A stretch of 64,000 bases of DNA, taken from positions 288,001 to 352,000 of the forward strand of contig CBDCQT010000011.1 of the NCBI GenBank assembly GCA_965220745.1, given 5' to 3'. The notes beneath the pieces were generated by a model, which worked only from the letters and a program-made list of their open reading frames with translations, made no database searches and had not been told where the DNA came from. This document shows, piece after piece, positions 32,868-43,903 of the stretch. The DNA comes from Alphaproteobacteria bacterium (GTDB lineage Bacteria; Pseudomonadota; Alphaproteobacteria; UBA828). Position numbers and translations under genes: made by a program. How positions within the stretch are numbered: the stretch's first letter is position 1; every line of letters starts with the position of its first letter.

Positions 32868-32963
32868 GGCCCTTCCCGTCTGGTTCGGGCCGCGCGTGGC
32901 AAGGGGCGGCCTTCGGCGGGAGCATAGGGTGCGGCGCCCCGCGCTGCCAGTGCAGCAGGTGTA

Positions 32964-34127
32964 TCAAATCCCTGGCAACCGGGGACCTGGGTCAATCGAA
33001 ACTTCTGGCAGTTCGTACGGGTCCTGAACCGTCTTGCTGCGCCTTGCGGCCTTTCTCGCCTCTTCTAGCTCCTTGCCAGCAATATAGTATCGGCCCCGCT
33101 TCTCGCCGTGTGGAATGAGGAGCGCTAGATCGGCCAAGGCCTTGAGATCGCGCCCAGCAACGTGGGGGCTCTCCTCCGTCTCCTTCTGATACCTGGCGTT
33201 GGTGACCCGCATTCCCAGCGCCGCATTGAAGAGCGGGACGATCATTCTCTCGTTGAGCCTCTGACGCTCCACGAGTGCCTCGATGCTGGAGAACAGGGCT
33301 TCGTATTCCTCGTGGCGACGGATCACCGTATTGGCCTGCTGGTAGTGGGCCTTGAGGCAGAACCGCACCCACGGCAGCGCACTGTTCGAGGGATTCCACG
33401 TGCCCTGCCCGACCTCGGCAAGCACATCGTAGTAGTCCTGTGTGTTACGCCCGAGCCACTCCTCGATGCTTGAAAAGAGTGGGTGAACAACGCCTTCTCG
33501 CGCAAGAGCCAATGTTTGGAGGGCCCGCGCCATCCGGCCGTTTCCGTCCTTGAAGGGATGGATCATGGTCAGATTTAGATGAGCCATTGCAGCGGCGACG
33601 ACCGCGGACTGATGATCCTCTCCATCCAGGTATTCCACCAACTCGCTTACCAAGAAATCGACCGAGTCGGGGTACGGTGCGTCGTAGACGACCACGCCGG
33701 TTGCGTGGTTCACCACCTGGACGGCACCGGGCCGCCATGTCCCAGGGTATGCGTTCGGATCGAAGTCGGTCATCATGAAGTGCAGGCTCTTGAGGAATTG
33801 CTTGCTGAATTCGAAATAGGGGTCCGTCGCGGCCTGCATGATGCAGGTCATGGCTTTCCTGTATCCCTGGATCGCGAGCCAGGTTTCTGTCCTCTCATCG
33901 AGGGGCGGCTCGTCTTCCACGGCCGCCATGGCCTCGTCCATCGTGGCGTTATAGCCCTCGATGGCGTTCGAGCCCTGGATCGCGCGCGCAAACGTGCTCT
34001 GCCGCAGGGCCCCGTGCCAGCGGCGGGGATTGTGCTGGGTCTCGATCCGCAAGCGGCGTCTCTGACCTTCCAGTATTTCCAGCACCTTGCGGTCCTCTTG
34101 CGACAAGGTGGGTTCGGCGAAGATCAT
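32964..34127 (-). CDS. Fic family protein (class II) with C-terminal HTH-like region
   Basis: Catalytic HPFKDGNGRMAR; N-terminal inhibitory SNAIEG; lower GC. Confidence 0.9.
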   Translation of the reverse strand: MIFAEPTLSQEDRKVLEILEGQRRRLRIETQHNPRRWHGALRQSTFARAIQGSNAIEGYNATMDEAMAAVEDEPPLDERTETWLAIQGYRKAMTCIMQAATDPYFEFSKQFLKSLHFMMTDFDPNAYPGTWRPGAVQVVNHATGVVVYDAPYPDSVDFLVSELVEYLDGEDHQSAVVAAAMAHLNLTMIHPFKDGNGRMARALQTLALAREGVVHPLFSSIEEWLGRNTQDYYDVLAEVGQGTWNPSNSALPWVRFCLKAHYQQANTVIRRHEEYEALFSSIEALVERQRLNERMIVPLFNAALGMRVTNARYQKETEESPHVAGRDLKALADLALLIPHGEKRGRYYIAGKELEEARKAARRSKTVQDPYELPEVSIDPGPRLPGI

Positions 34128-34329
34128 GCTGGATATCTCGTTTCATATCTGCGATGTACAGATATATATCCTGCATTTTGCAGATGTCAATCCAGATATT
34201 GTGCAAATCCGCCTCTTGCCAAGAGAAGGGGGAGCTGACTGTGGAGACAGAACCTGTTCATGGGCCGGACAGCGGGGTATGGTCGCGCCCGTCGCCTGAG
34301 CGCGGACTGTGCCGCGAGCGAGGTTCGCC

Positions 34330-34602
34330 ATGAAGGTCAAGATCGAGATCGACTGCACGCCCGAGGAGGCCCGTGCCTTCTGCGGGATGCCGGACCTGAC
34401 GGCAGCCCACGGCGCCATGACAAAGGGCCTGGAGGCGCGGATGGCGGAGGCGATCGGCCAGATCGACCCCGAGGCGCTGCTGAAATCGTGGCTTCCCGGC
34501 GGGCTCCAGGGCTTCGAGTCCATGCAGAAGGCCTTCTGGGAAGGATTCGGACAGGCGGGCGGCGGCGCGCCCAAGGGCGGCAGCGGAGGTGGCGCGGGAT
34601 GA
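34330..34602 (+). CDS. DUF6489-like small protein
   Basis: MKVKIEIDCTPEEARAF.G.PD pattern. Confidence 0.75.
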   Translation: MKVKIEIDCTPEEARAFCGMPDLTAAHGAMTKGLEARMAEAIGQIDPEALLKSWLPGGLQGFESMQKAFWEGFGQAGGGAPKGGSGGGAG

Positions 34603-34997
34603 GCCGGGCGGATCCGCCCCTCTACTACCGGCGCCACGTCTTCTGCTGTGTCAACACCCGCGCGCCCGACCATCCGCGCGGCTGCTGCAGCGCGAAGGAC
34701 TCGGTCAAGCTGCGCGCCCACATGAAGGCCAGAGCCAAGCAGCGCGGGCTCTCTGACGTGCGCATCAACGCGAGCCAGTGCCTGGATCGCTGCGAGTTCG
34801 GGCCGACCATGGTGATCTATCCCGAGGGCGTCTGGTACGCGGTCAAGACCGTGGCGGACGTGGACGAGATCATCGAGACCCACCTCGTGCAGGGCGGCCG
34901 GGTGGAGCGGCTGATGCTGATGCCCGACCAGCCGTTTCCCGACGAAGCCGATGATTCCGGAGGCGGCAGCCGAATGGCGGCGACTGCCGTCTCCTGA
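34599..34997 (+). CDS. Thioredoxin-like [2Fe-2S] ferredoxin
   Basis: HVFCC..R....PRGCC, CLDRCEFGP, VIYPEGVWY; ATGA overlap. Confidence 0.9.
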   Translation: MSRADPPLYYRRHVFCCVNTRAPDHPRGCCSAKDSVKLRAHMKARAKQRGLSDVRINASQCLDRCEFGPTMVIYPEGVWYAVKTVADVDEIIETHLVQGGRVERLMLMPDQPFPDEADDSGGGSRMAATAVS

Positions 34998-35048
34998 TCC
35001 GGGCGCGGGTCTGCCGCCGGCCGGCGCGCGGCGCAATCTCCATAGACC

Positions 35049-36383
35049 ATGAGCGGCGACACTATCTTCGCGCTGTCGAGCGGAGGCGCGCGCGCCGCCA
35101 TCGCGGTGGTCCGGGTCTCGGGCCCCGCGGCGGCGGAAGCGCTGACGCGGATCGGCGGCGCGCCGTTGCCGGAGGCACGCAGGGCGGCGCTTCGGCGCTT
35201 CCGCGAGCCGGAAACGGGCGAGCAGATCGACCGGGGACTGGCGCTCTGGTTCCTCGCGCCCGCCAGCGCCACCGGCGAGGACATGGCGGAGTTTCACGTG
35301 CATGGCGGACCCAGCGTCATCGACGCGCTGTGCGATGCGCTCGCTGCGATCCCCGGCCTGCGCCCGGCCGAGCCCGGCGAGTTCACCCGCCGCGCCTTTG
35401 AGGCCGGCCGTCTCGACCTGACGGAGGCGGAAGGGATCGCCGACCTGGTCGCGGCCGAGACCGAGGCCCAGCGGCGCCAGGCGCTCGCCCAGATGGAAGG
35501 CGGGCTGCATCGGCTCTACGACGGCTGGCGCGAGCGGCTCATGGCGCTCCGGGCCAACGTCGAGGCCGCCATCGATTTCTCGGACCAGGAGCTGGGCGAC
35601 GATCCACTGGCCGCGGCTGCTCCCGGCCTCGCGGCGCTGGAGGCCGAGATCGCGATCCATCTCGACGATTCCCGCCGGGGCGAGCGCCTGCGCGAGGGCT
35701 TCTGCATCGCCATCGTGGGCGCGCCGAATGCCGGAAAATCCAGCGTTCTCAATCGTTTAGCGGGGCGGGACGCGGCCATCGTTTCGACGCGTGCGGGCAC
35801 CACCCGCGACGTGGTCGAGGTGCGCCTCGATCTTGGCGGTTGGCCTATCACCCTCGCCGACACCGCGGGATTGCGCGAGAGCCAGGATGAGATTGAGAGC
35901 GAAGGCGTGCGCCGCGCCCTCGCCCGCGCAGCCAGCGCCGACCTCTCGCTGGTGGTCTTCGACGGCGCGCTTTGGCCCGAGGCGGACGCGCAGAGCCTCG
36001 CGCTGCTTGGCGAGGACGCACTGGCGGTGCTGAACAAGACCGACCTGATCGGGGACCCCGTCCCTGCCGCCATCGGCGGCCAGCCGGCGCTCGGCGTGTC
36101 TTGCCTGACCGGCGCCGGCATCGAGGCGCTGCTGGAGACACTGGCAAACGAGATCGCGCGGCGTTACCCGCCCGGCGGCGCGCCCGCGCTGACCCGCGCC
36201 CGTCACCGGCAGGCGGTCGTGGAGTGCCGCGACGCACTCGCACGCGCCATCGCCGGGCCGGCAGACGAACGGCTCGCGGAGGAGCTTCGGCTAGCGGCGC
36301 ATGCGCTCGGCCGCATCACCGGCCGGGTCGACGTCGAAGCCGTGCTCGATCTCGTCTTCCGCGACTTCTGCATCGGCAAGTAG
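35049..36383 (+). CDS. mnmE: tRNA modification GTPase MnmE
   Basis: DTIFALSS, GAPNAGKSS, GTTRD, DTAG, FCIGK. Confidence 0.97.
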   Translation: MSGDTIFALSSGGARAAIAVVRVSGPAAAEALTRIGGAPLPEARRAALRRFREPETGEQIDRGLALWFLAPASATGEDMAEFHVHGGPSVIDALCDALAAIPGLRPAEPGEFTRRAFEAGRLDLTEAEGIADLVAAETEAQRRQALAQMEGGLHRLYDGWRERLMALRANVEAAIDFSDQELGDDPLAAAAPGLAALEAEIAIHLDDSRRGERLREGFCIAIVGAPNAGKSSVLNRLAGRDAAIVSTRAGTTRDVVEVRLDLGGWPITLADTAGLRESQDEIESEGVRRALARAASADLSLVVFDGALWPEADAQSLALLGEDALAVLNKTDLIGDPVPAAIGGQPALGVSCLTGAGIEALLETLANEIARRYPPGGAPALTRARHRQAVVECRDALARAIAGPADERLAEELRLAAHALGRITGRVDVEAVLDLVFRDFCIGK

Positions 36384-36478
36384 GGGCGCTTGGCGCTTTA
36401 CGGACGGGCGCGCGTGTCCTATAGGGGGCGCCGTTCCCAATGAGCCGAGCCGCAGACTGGGCGGCCGGGAGGGCGGCC

Positions 36479-38380
36479 ATGAGCCGCGAGCGCTTCGATG
36501 TCATCGTGATCGGGGGCGGCCACGCCGGGTGCGAGGCCGCGGCGGCGGCGGCGCGCGTCGGTGCCGCGACGCTCCTCATCACCCAGAAACGCGAAACCAT
36601 CGGCGCCATGTCGTGCAACCCGGCGATTGGGGGCCTCGCCAAGGGCACGCTGGTGCGCGAGGTGGACGCGCTGGACGGGCTCATGGGCCGTGTCGCCGAC
36701 GAAGCGGGCATCCAGTTCCGCGTGCTCAACCGCAGCAAAGGGCCGGCCGTGCGGGGGCCCCGGGCGCAGCAGGACCGCGCGCTCTACCGGGCCGCCATGC
36801 AGGCGGCGCTCGCGGCGCAGCCCAGTCTCACGATCCGCGAGGGCACGGTCGAGGACCTAGCACTCGATGCGACTGCGCAGGCCCGGCCCCGCGTGCGCGG
36901 TGTGGTACTGGGGGACGGCGAACTGATCCCGGCGCCGCAGGTGGTGCTCACCACAGGCACCTTCCTGCGCGGGCTGATCCACATCGGGGAGCGGCAGATT
37001 CCGGCGGGGCGCGTCGGCGACGCCCCGGCAACGGGGCTTGCACACACGCTGGAGCGGCTGGGCTTCCGTCTGGGCCGGCTGAAGACCGGCACACCGCCCC
37101 GGCTCGACGGTCGCACCATCGACTGGGCCGCCCTGGCGGCGCAGGAGGGCGACGAGCCGCCGGAACCCTTCTCCTTCCTTACCGACACCATCACGCGGGC
37201 GCAGGTGCGCTGTCACATCACCGCCACGGGGCCCGAGGGCCACGAAGTCATCCGCTGCAACCTCGCGCGCTCCCCCATGTACTCGGGCGCGATCGAGAGC
37301 CGCGGGCCCCGCTACTGCCCTTCCATCGAGGACAAGGTGGTGCGCTTCGCCGAGCGTTCGTCGCACCAGATTTTTCTTGAGCCGGAGGGGCTTGAGGACC
37401 ACACGGTCTATCCCAACGGAATCTCGACCGCGCTGCCGGAAGAGGTGCAGCGGGCGCTGGTGGCGACGATTCCGGGGCTGGAGCGGGCGGCGATCCTGCG
37501 GCCGGGCTACGCCATCGAGTACGACCACGTGGACCCTCGCGAGCTGAGCCCCGCGCTGGAGACCGACCGCATCGCAGGTCTCTACCTCGCGGGCCAGATC
37601 AACGGCACCACCGGGTACGAGGAAGCCGGAGCCCAGGGCATCGTCGCCGGGATCAACGCCGCGCGCGCGGCCGCCGGCGGCGGGCCGATCACGCTGGACC
37701 GCGCCGAAGGCTACATCGGCGTGCTGATCGACGATCTGGTGACGCAGGGGGTGAGCGAGCCCTACCGCATGTTCTCGTCGCGCGCCGAATACCGGCTCCG
37801 GCTCCGGCCGGACAATGCGGACCGTCGGCTCACGGAACGCGGCATCGAGGCGGGCTGCGTCGGCGGTCAGCGGGCACGGCGCTTCGCCGCCAAGAGCGCG
37901 GCACTGGCCGAGACCGAGCGCCTTCTCGACTCGCTCGACGCCACGCCCGACACGCTGCGCCGCCACGGCATTGCGGCGAACCGGGACGGGCGCAGGCGCA
38001 GCGCGCGCGAGCTGATCGGCTATCCCGATGTGAGCCTTGAGCCACTTGCGATGCTCTGGCCGGCACTGACGGAGCTGGAGCCCGAGATCGTCCAAGCCCT
38101 GGAGAACGACGCCCATTACCGGGGCTATTTGGAGCGGCAGGAGGCGGATATCGCGGCCTTTCGCCGTGACGAGGCGCTCAGGCTGCCGGGGAACTTCCGC
38201 TTCGACAGGGTGGGCGGGCTCTCTCACGAGATGCGCCAGCGCCTCGCCGCTGCGCGGCCCGCGACCCTCGGCGCGGCCGGACGGGTGCCGGGAGTGACGC
38301 CGGCGGCGCTGACGGCATTGCTCGCCCATGTCCGCAAGACGGAGCACCGCAAGAGTGCGGCGGAGGCCGGGCGCGGCTAG
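36479..38380 (+). CDS. mnmG: tRNA uridine modification enzyme MnmG/GidA
   Basis: [40 protein letters not shown]. Confidence 0.97.
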   Translation: MSRERFDVIVIGGGHAGCEAAAAAARVGAATLLITQKRETIGAMSCNPAIGGLAKGTLVREVDALDGLMGRVADEAGIQFRVLNRSKGPAVRGPRAQQDRALYRAAMQAALAAQPSLTIREGTVEDLALDATAQARPRVRGVVLGDGELIPAPQVVLTTGTFLRGLIHIGERQIPAGRVGDAPATGLAHTLERLGFRLGRLKTGTPPRLDGRTIDWAALAAQEGDEPPEPFSFLTDTITRAQVRCHITATGPEGHEVIRCNLARSPMYSGAIESRGPRYCPSIEDKVVRFAERSSHQIFLEPEGLEDHTVYPNGISTALPEEVQRALVATIPGLERAAILRPGYAIEYDHVDPRELSPALETDRIAGLYLAGQINGTTGYEEAGAQGIVAGINAARAAAGGGPITLDRAEGYIGVLIDDLVTQGVSEPYRMFSSRAEYRLRLRPDNADRRLTERGIEAGCVGGQRARRFAAKSAALAETERLLDSLDATPDTLRRHGIAANRDGRRRSARELIGYPDVSLEPLAMLWPALTELEPEIVQALENDAHYRGYLERQEADIAAFRRDEALRLPGNFRFDRVGGLSHEMRQRLAAARPATLGAAGRVPGVTPAALTALLAHVRKTEHRKSAAEAGRG

Positions 38381-38385
38381 ATCGG

Positions 38386-39015
38386 ATGGAGCCGGGCAAG
38401 GCCTTCCGGCGCGATGTTTCACGTGAAACACGCGAACGGCTCGAGATCTACGAGACCCTCCTCCGGCAACGGCAACGGCGCGTCAACCTGGTCTCGGCAG
38501 CGACCCTGCCCGCGCTCTGGATCCGGCACTTTCTGGATTCGGCGCAGCTCGCCCCCCTGCTCGCCGACGACGAGGTTGGCCACACGGTGGACGTCGGCAG
38601 CGGAGCGGGTTTCCCCGGCATGGTGCTCGCGATCCTCGACGCGGGTCGCCGCGTCTCCTTGGTCGAGGCCAACGGCAAGCGCTGCACCTTCCTGCGCGAG
38701 GTGGCGGCCGCCACCGGCACCGAGGTCTCAGTAGTCGAAGGCCGGTTCGAGGCGCCCGACGTTCAGGCCGCACTCGCACCGGCAGGCACGATCGTCGCCC
38801 GCGCCTGCGCGCCGCTGGTCGATTTGCTAGGTCTTGTTTTCCCCGTGCTGGACTCTCATACATATTGTATATTCCCGAAGGGACGCCGCTACCGGAGCGA
38901 GCTGGAGGAGGCCCGCCGCCGGTGGGATTTCGGGGCAGACATCGTCCCCAGCCAGACAGCGGCCGAGGCGCGGATACTGAGGATCAGCGATGTCGAACGG
39001 CGCCGCCGCTCTTGA
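38386..39015 (+). CDS. rsmG: 16S rRNA m7G527 methyltransferase
   Basis: VSRET, RHFLDS, DVGSGAGFPG. Confidence 0.95.
   Translation: MEPGKAFRRDVSRETRERLEIYETLLRQRQRRVNLVSAATLPALWIRHFLDSAQLAPLLADDEVGHTVDVGSGAGFPGMVLAILDAGRRVSLVEANGKRCTFLREVAAATGTEVSVVEGRFEAPDVQAALAPAGTIVARACAPLVDLLGLVFPVLDSHTYCIFPKGRRYRSELEEARRRWDFGADIVPSQTAAEARILRISDVERRRRS
38415..38430. promoter_or_regulatory. parS centromere-like site
   Basis: Perfect palindrome TGTTTCACGTGAAACA. Confidence 0.95.
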
Positions 39016-39837
39016 GACCGGCGCCCCGTCCGCGCCAGCACCGGCGGAGCGGCCCCGGATCATCGCGGTCGCGAACCAGAAGGGCGGCGTCGGCAAGACC
39101 ACCACCGCCATCAACTTGGGCACCGCGCTTGCGGCGGCGGGCCGCCCGGTGCTGTTGCTCGACCTCGATCCGCAGGGGAACGCCAGCACCGGCCTCGGCA
39201 TTCCCCAAGCGGAGCGTGTGCCGGGCTCTTACGGCCTGCTCCAGGGCGCGCCGCTCGCTGCGGCCCGGCGGCAAACGATAGTGCCGGGGCTTTCCGTCGT
39301 GCCGGCGACCCGCGATCTCGCGGGCGCCGAGATCGAACTCTCCCAAGCCCCCAGGCCGCAGCATTGCCTGAGGGAGGCGCTGGCTCCGGCGCTCGCGGAC
39401 GAGAGCACGCTGTCTCACGTGCTGATCGACTGCCCGCCATCACTTGGCATGCTAACTGTCAACGCCCTGGTCGCCGCGGACTCCGTGCTGGTACCGCTAC
39501 AGTGCGAGTTCCTGGCCCTGGAGGGGCTGAGCCAGGTGCTCAGCATCGTCGAGCGCGTGCGCACCGCCTTCAACCCGGCGCTCCACGTGCAAGGCATCGT
39601 GCTCACCATGTACGACAGGCGGAACAATCTCTCCGCGCAAGTGCGGGACGACGTGCGCACCCACCTGGGCGATGCGGTGTACGAGACCATCATCCCACGC
39701 AACGTGCGGGTCTCCGAGGCGCCGTCCTTCGGCGTTCCCGTTTTGCTCCACGATTTCCGCTGCCCCGGCGCCCAGGCCTACGCGCATTTGGCCGGAGAGC
39801 TGCTGCGGCGCGAGCGAATTCAGAAGGAGAGCGCAGC

Positions 39838-39841
<4 letters not shown>
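38990..39841 (+). CDS. parA: Chromosome partitioning ATPase
   Basis: NQKGGVGKTTT, DLDPQGN, IDCPPSLG, IPRNVRVSEAPS. Confidence 0.96.
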
Positions 39842-40761
<920 letters not shown>

Positions 40762-41263
40762 GGGCGCCAATTAGACAGTAAAATCAGCGCATTACGGCGG
40801 CATATAAATTTATAGATGGCTTGCTAATGAATTAGTCGCGACTTGTCTCCGGACGGCGGTCCGAAAGCGGTCGGGGATCTCGCTCCTCTGCGGCACGCTC
40901 CTCCGCCAGCTCCGATTATCCAGATGCTCCTGTCCGGCAAAGACTGCCTATTCTCCCGCCATCGTCACGGTCTTGTCGGCGTGGCCGGAGCCGTCATACG
41001 TCGCGAGCGAGCATCGTCCTGAACATCGATCGCTCTCCCATCTGGGCCAAGGGTGACCGACCTGGAGTACGTCCGGACCTGATGGCGTTCTATCTATTTT
41101 CAACGCTTTGAGTTTGAGACAAATCAATACCCAAGATGTCAGGCACGGCCATGCTGGCGCAGGCCCTGTGCACGCCGTGCAGACCATGACCGTGGCAAGA
41201 AATGGGGGCTAGACTGCTGCAAGACGTTTTCCTGTGCGCTCCACGACGGATCGAGGCCCTTCA

Positions 41264-42325
41264 ATGGTGAGTCAATACCGCATCGAAACCCTCTTCCTGT
41301 CGCAGGAGGATCTTCTGCGCGCCGGCTGCCTGGACATGGGGATGGCCATGGAGGCGGCCGAACAGGCCATGCTCGCCTACCAGAAGGGCGACATCATGTT
41401 CCCCGAGAAGATCGTGCAGATCTTCAACCAAGACACCCAGGCCCGCATCAACTGCCTGCCGGCGACGCTGCTGCCGGAGAAGATTTGCGGCGTGAAGTGG
41501 GTCTCCGTCTTTCCCGAGAACCCCGAGGTCCACGGCATACAGAACCTTTCGGCGGTCATGATCCTCTCCGAGATCGAGCACGGCTTCCCCCTTGCCCTGC
41601 TGGAGGGGACGCTCTGCTCCAACATGCGGGTCGGCACCATGGGCGGGATCGCCGCGAAGCACCTCGCCCGCCCGGACTCGCGAAGCATCGCGTTCATCGG
41701 CGCCGGAGAGCAGGCAAAGATGCATCTGGTCGCGATGAAGAAGGCCGTTCCCGCCCTGGAGGAGTGCCGCGTCGCGGCGAAGTACGAGCACGAGGAACAG
41801 CAGTTCGTCAGCGAAATGAAGCCCCTGTTCCCCGACCTTCGCTTCGTCGCCACGGAGACGGACCTTCAGCGGGCGTCGGAAGGCGCCGACATTCTGGTCA
41901 CCGCCACCAGCGCGCAGGCGCCGCTGCTGCAGGCGGCGTGGATGAAGCCCGGCGCCTTCTACAGCCACGTGGGCGGCTGGGAGGACGAATACGAGGTCGC
42001 TCGCCAGTGCCAGAAGATCGTCGTGGACGACTGGGAGACGGTGAAGCACCGGACCCAGACGCTGAGCCGGATGTACAAGGACGGTGCGCTGGCCGACGAC
42101 GACATCCACGCGAACCTCGTCGATATCGTGGCGGGCGCGAAAAGTGGGAGGGAAAGAGCGGACGAGCGGACCTATTTCAACGCGGTCGGTCTCGCCTACG
42201 TCGACGTGGCGATCGCCTATGCGATGTACCGGCGGGCCGCAGAGGCCGGGGTGGGGACGCGCCTCGCCATCCAGGACAACATGATCTTCCAGCACGAAGA
42301 GCTGGCGAACTGGATCCGGATGTAG
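41264..42325 (+). CDS. Ornithine cyclodeaminase/mu-crystallin family protein
   Basis: GVKWVSVFP, FIGAGEQA, VTATSA, VGLAYVD. Confidence 0.88.
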   Translation: MVSQYRIETLFLSQEDLLRAGCLDMGMAMEAAEQAMLAYQKGDIMFPEKIVQIFNQDTQARINCLPATLLPEKICGVKWVSVFPENPEVHGIQNLSAVMILSEIEHGFPLALLEGTLCSNMRVGTMGGIAAKHLARPDSRSIAFIGAGEQAKMHLVAMKKAVPALEECRVAAKYEHEEQQFVSEMKPLFPDLRFVATETDLQRASEGADILVTATSAQAPLLQAAWMKPGAFYSHVGGWEDEYEVARQCQKIVVDDWETVKHRTQTLSRMYKDGALADDDIHANLVDIVAGAKSGRERADERTYFNAVGLAYVDVAIAYAMYRRAAEAGVGTRLAIQDNMIFQHEELANWIRM

Positions 42326-42392
42326 TCTGTCGCCGGCGGGCCGGGCCGGGAGCAGGCGCGGGCCACGCGGGCTCGCGGGACTCCTGATTTCG

Positions 42393-42418
42393 CGCGCGAG
42401 ACCTTTCAGGCTCGCGCG
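42393..42418. terminator. Hairpin between the convergent OCD-family gene and rho
   Basis: CGCGCGAG / CTCGCGCG stem; no clear U-tract. Confidence 0.35.
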
Positions 42419-42434
42419 ACTCAGGCGTGCGCGA

Positions 42435-43691
42435 CTACGTGTTCATCGAGGCGAAGAATTCCTCGTTGGTCTTGGTCGTCTTGAGCTTGTCGACCAGGAA
42501 CTCCATGGCGTCCACCGTGCCCATGGGCGAGAGAATGCGGCGCAGCACCCACATCTTGGCGAGTGTCGCGCGGTCGACCAGAAGCTCCTCCTTGCGGGTG
42601 CCGGAGCGGGCGATGTCCATGCTGGGCCAGGTGCGCTTGTCGGCGAGCTTGCGGTCCAGAATGATCTCGGAGTTGCCGGTGCCCTTGAACTCCTCGAAGA
42701 TCACCTCGTCCATGCGCGAGCCCGTGTCGATCAGCGCGGTCGCGATGATGGTGAGCGAGCCGCCGTGCTCGATGTTGCGGGCGGCACCGAAGAAGCGCTT
42801 GGGCCGCTGCAGCGCGTTGGCGTCCACGCCGCCGGTCAGCACCTTGCCGGACGACGGCACCACGGTGTTGTAGGCGCGGGCGAGGCGGGTGATCGAATCC
42901 AGCAGGATCACGACGTCGCGCTTGTGCTCGACCAGCCGCTTGGCCTTCTCGATCACCATCTCCGCCACCTGCACATGGCGCGAGGCCGGCTCGTCGAAAG
43001 TGGAGCTCACCACCTCGCCCTTGACCGAGCGGTCCATGTCGGTGACCTCCTCGGGCCGCTCGTCCACCAGCAGCACGATGAGGTAGGCCTCCGGGTGGTT
43101 CTCCTCGATCGAGTGCGCGATGTTCTGCAGCATCATAGTCTTGCCGGTGCGCGGCGGGGCGACGATCAGCGCCCGCTGCCCTTTGCCGAGCGGCGCCACG
43201 ATGTCGAGGATGCGGCTGGTGGTGTCCTTCTTCTTGGGGTCGGCGATCTCCATGCTGAAGCGCTGCTCGGGGTAGAGCGGCGTCAGGTTGTCGAAGTTGA
43301 CCTTGTGGCGGAGGTTCTCCGGCGGGTCGAAGTTGATGTTGTTGAGCTTGAGCAGGGCGAAGTACCGCTCGCCGTCGCGGGGCGCCCTGATCTGGCCTTC
43401 CAGCGTGTCGCCCGTGCGGAGCCCGAAGCGGCGGATCTGGCTCGGGCTCACGTAGATGTCGTCGGGGCCGGGCAGGTAGTTGGACTCCGGCGAGCGCAGG
43501 AAGCCGAACCCGTCCTGCAAGGTCTCCAGCACGCCCGAGCCGAAGATCGCCTGATCGTTCTCGGCAAGCTGCCGGAGGATCGCGAACATCAGGTCCTGCC
43601 GACGCATCGAGTTCGCGTTCTCGATCTCGAGCTCCTCGGCATAGTCGATCAGCTGAGTCGGGGTCTGGGTCTTGAGTTCTTGCAGGTGCAT
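42435..43691 (-). CDS. rho: Transcription termination factor Rho
   Basis: [38 protein letters not shown]. Confidence 0.98.
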   Translation of the reverse strand: MHLQELKTQTPTQLIDYAEELEIENANSMRRQDLMFAILRQLAENDQAIFGSGVLETLQDGFGFLRSPESNYLPGPDDIYVSPSQIRRFGLRTGDTLEGQIRAPRDGERYFALLKLNNINFDPPENLRHKVNFDNLTPLYPEQRFSMEIADPKKKDTTSRILDIVAPLGKGQRALIVAPPRTGKTMMLQNIAHSIEENHPEAYLIVLLVDERPEEVTDMDRSVKGEVVSSTFDEPASRHVQVAEMVIEKAKRLVEHKRDVVILLDSITRLARAYNTVVPSSGKVLTGGVDANALQRPKRFFGAARNIEHGGSLTIIATALIDTGSRMDEVIFEEFKGTGNSEIILDRKLADKRTWPSMDIARSGTRKEELLVDRATLAKMWVLRRILSPMGTVDAMEFLVDKLKTTKTNEEFFASMNT

Positions 43692-43903
43692 GACGGGGGC
43701 TGCCGTTGTGGAGCGGAAACCGCGCCGCCGGCCGGCGGCACGCTGAGGGCGCAAACCTAGTAGAACGGCGTGCGGCTTATTTTTCCGAGAGAATGCGCCG
43801 AAGACGGGCAGGAGGCCCGCCCGCTGCGGCGGACGCGAACCTTAGCCTATCGGGTGCCGTTCCGCCGTGTCAAACGAAGATTCCATGCCGGTATTCCAAG
43901 CGC

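Noticed and set aside
35291-35304. Second parS in mnmE (GTTTCACGTGCATG)
   Set aside because: The right arm is broken; explained by the conserved EFHVHG codons
40948-41187. 79-aa minus-strand ORF after parB
   Set aside because: No SD, atypical composition and no recognisable motif
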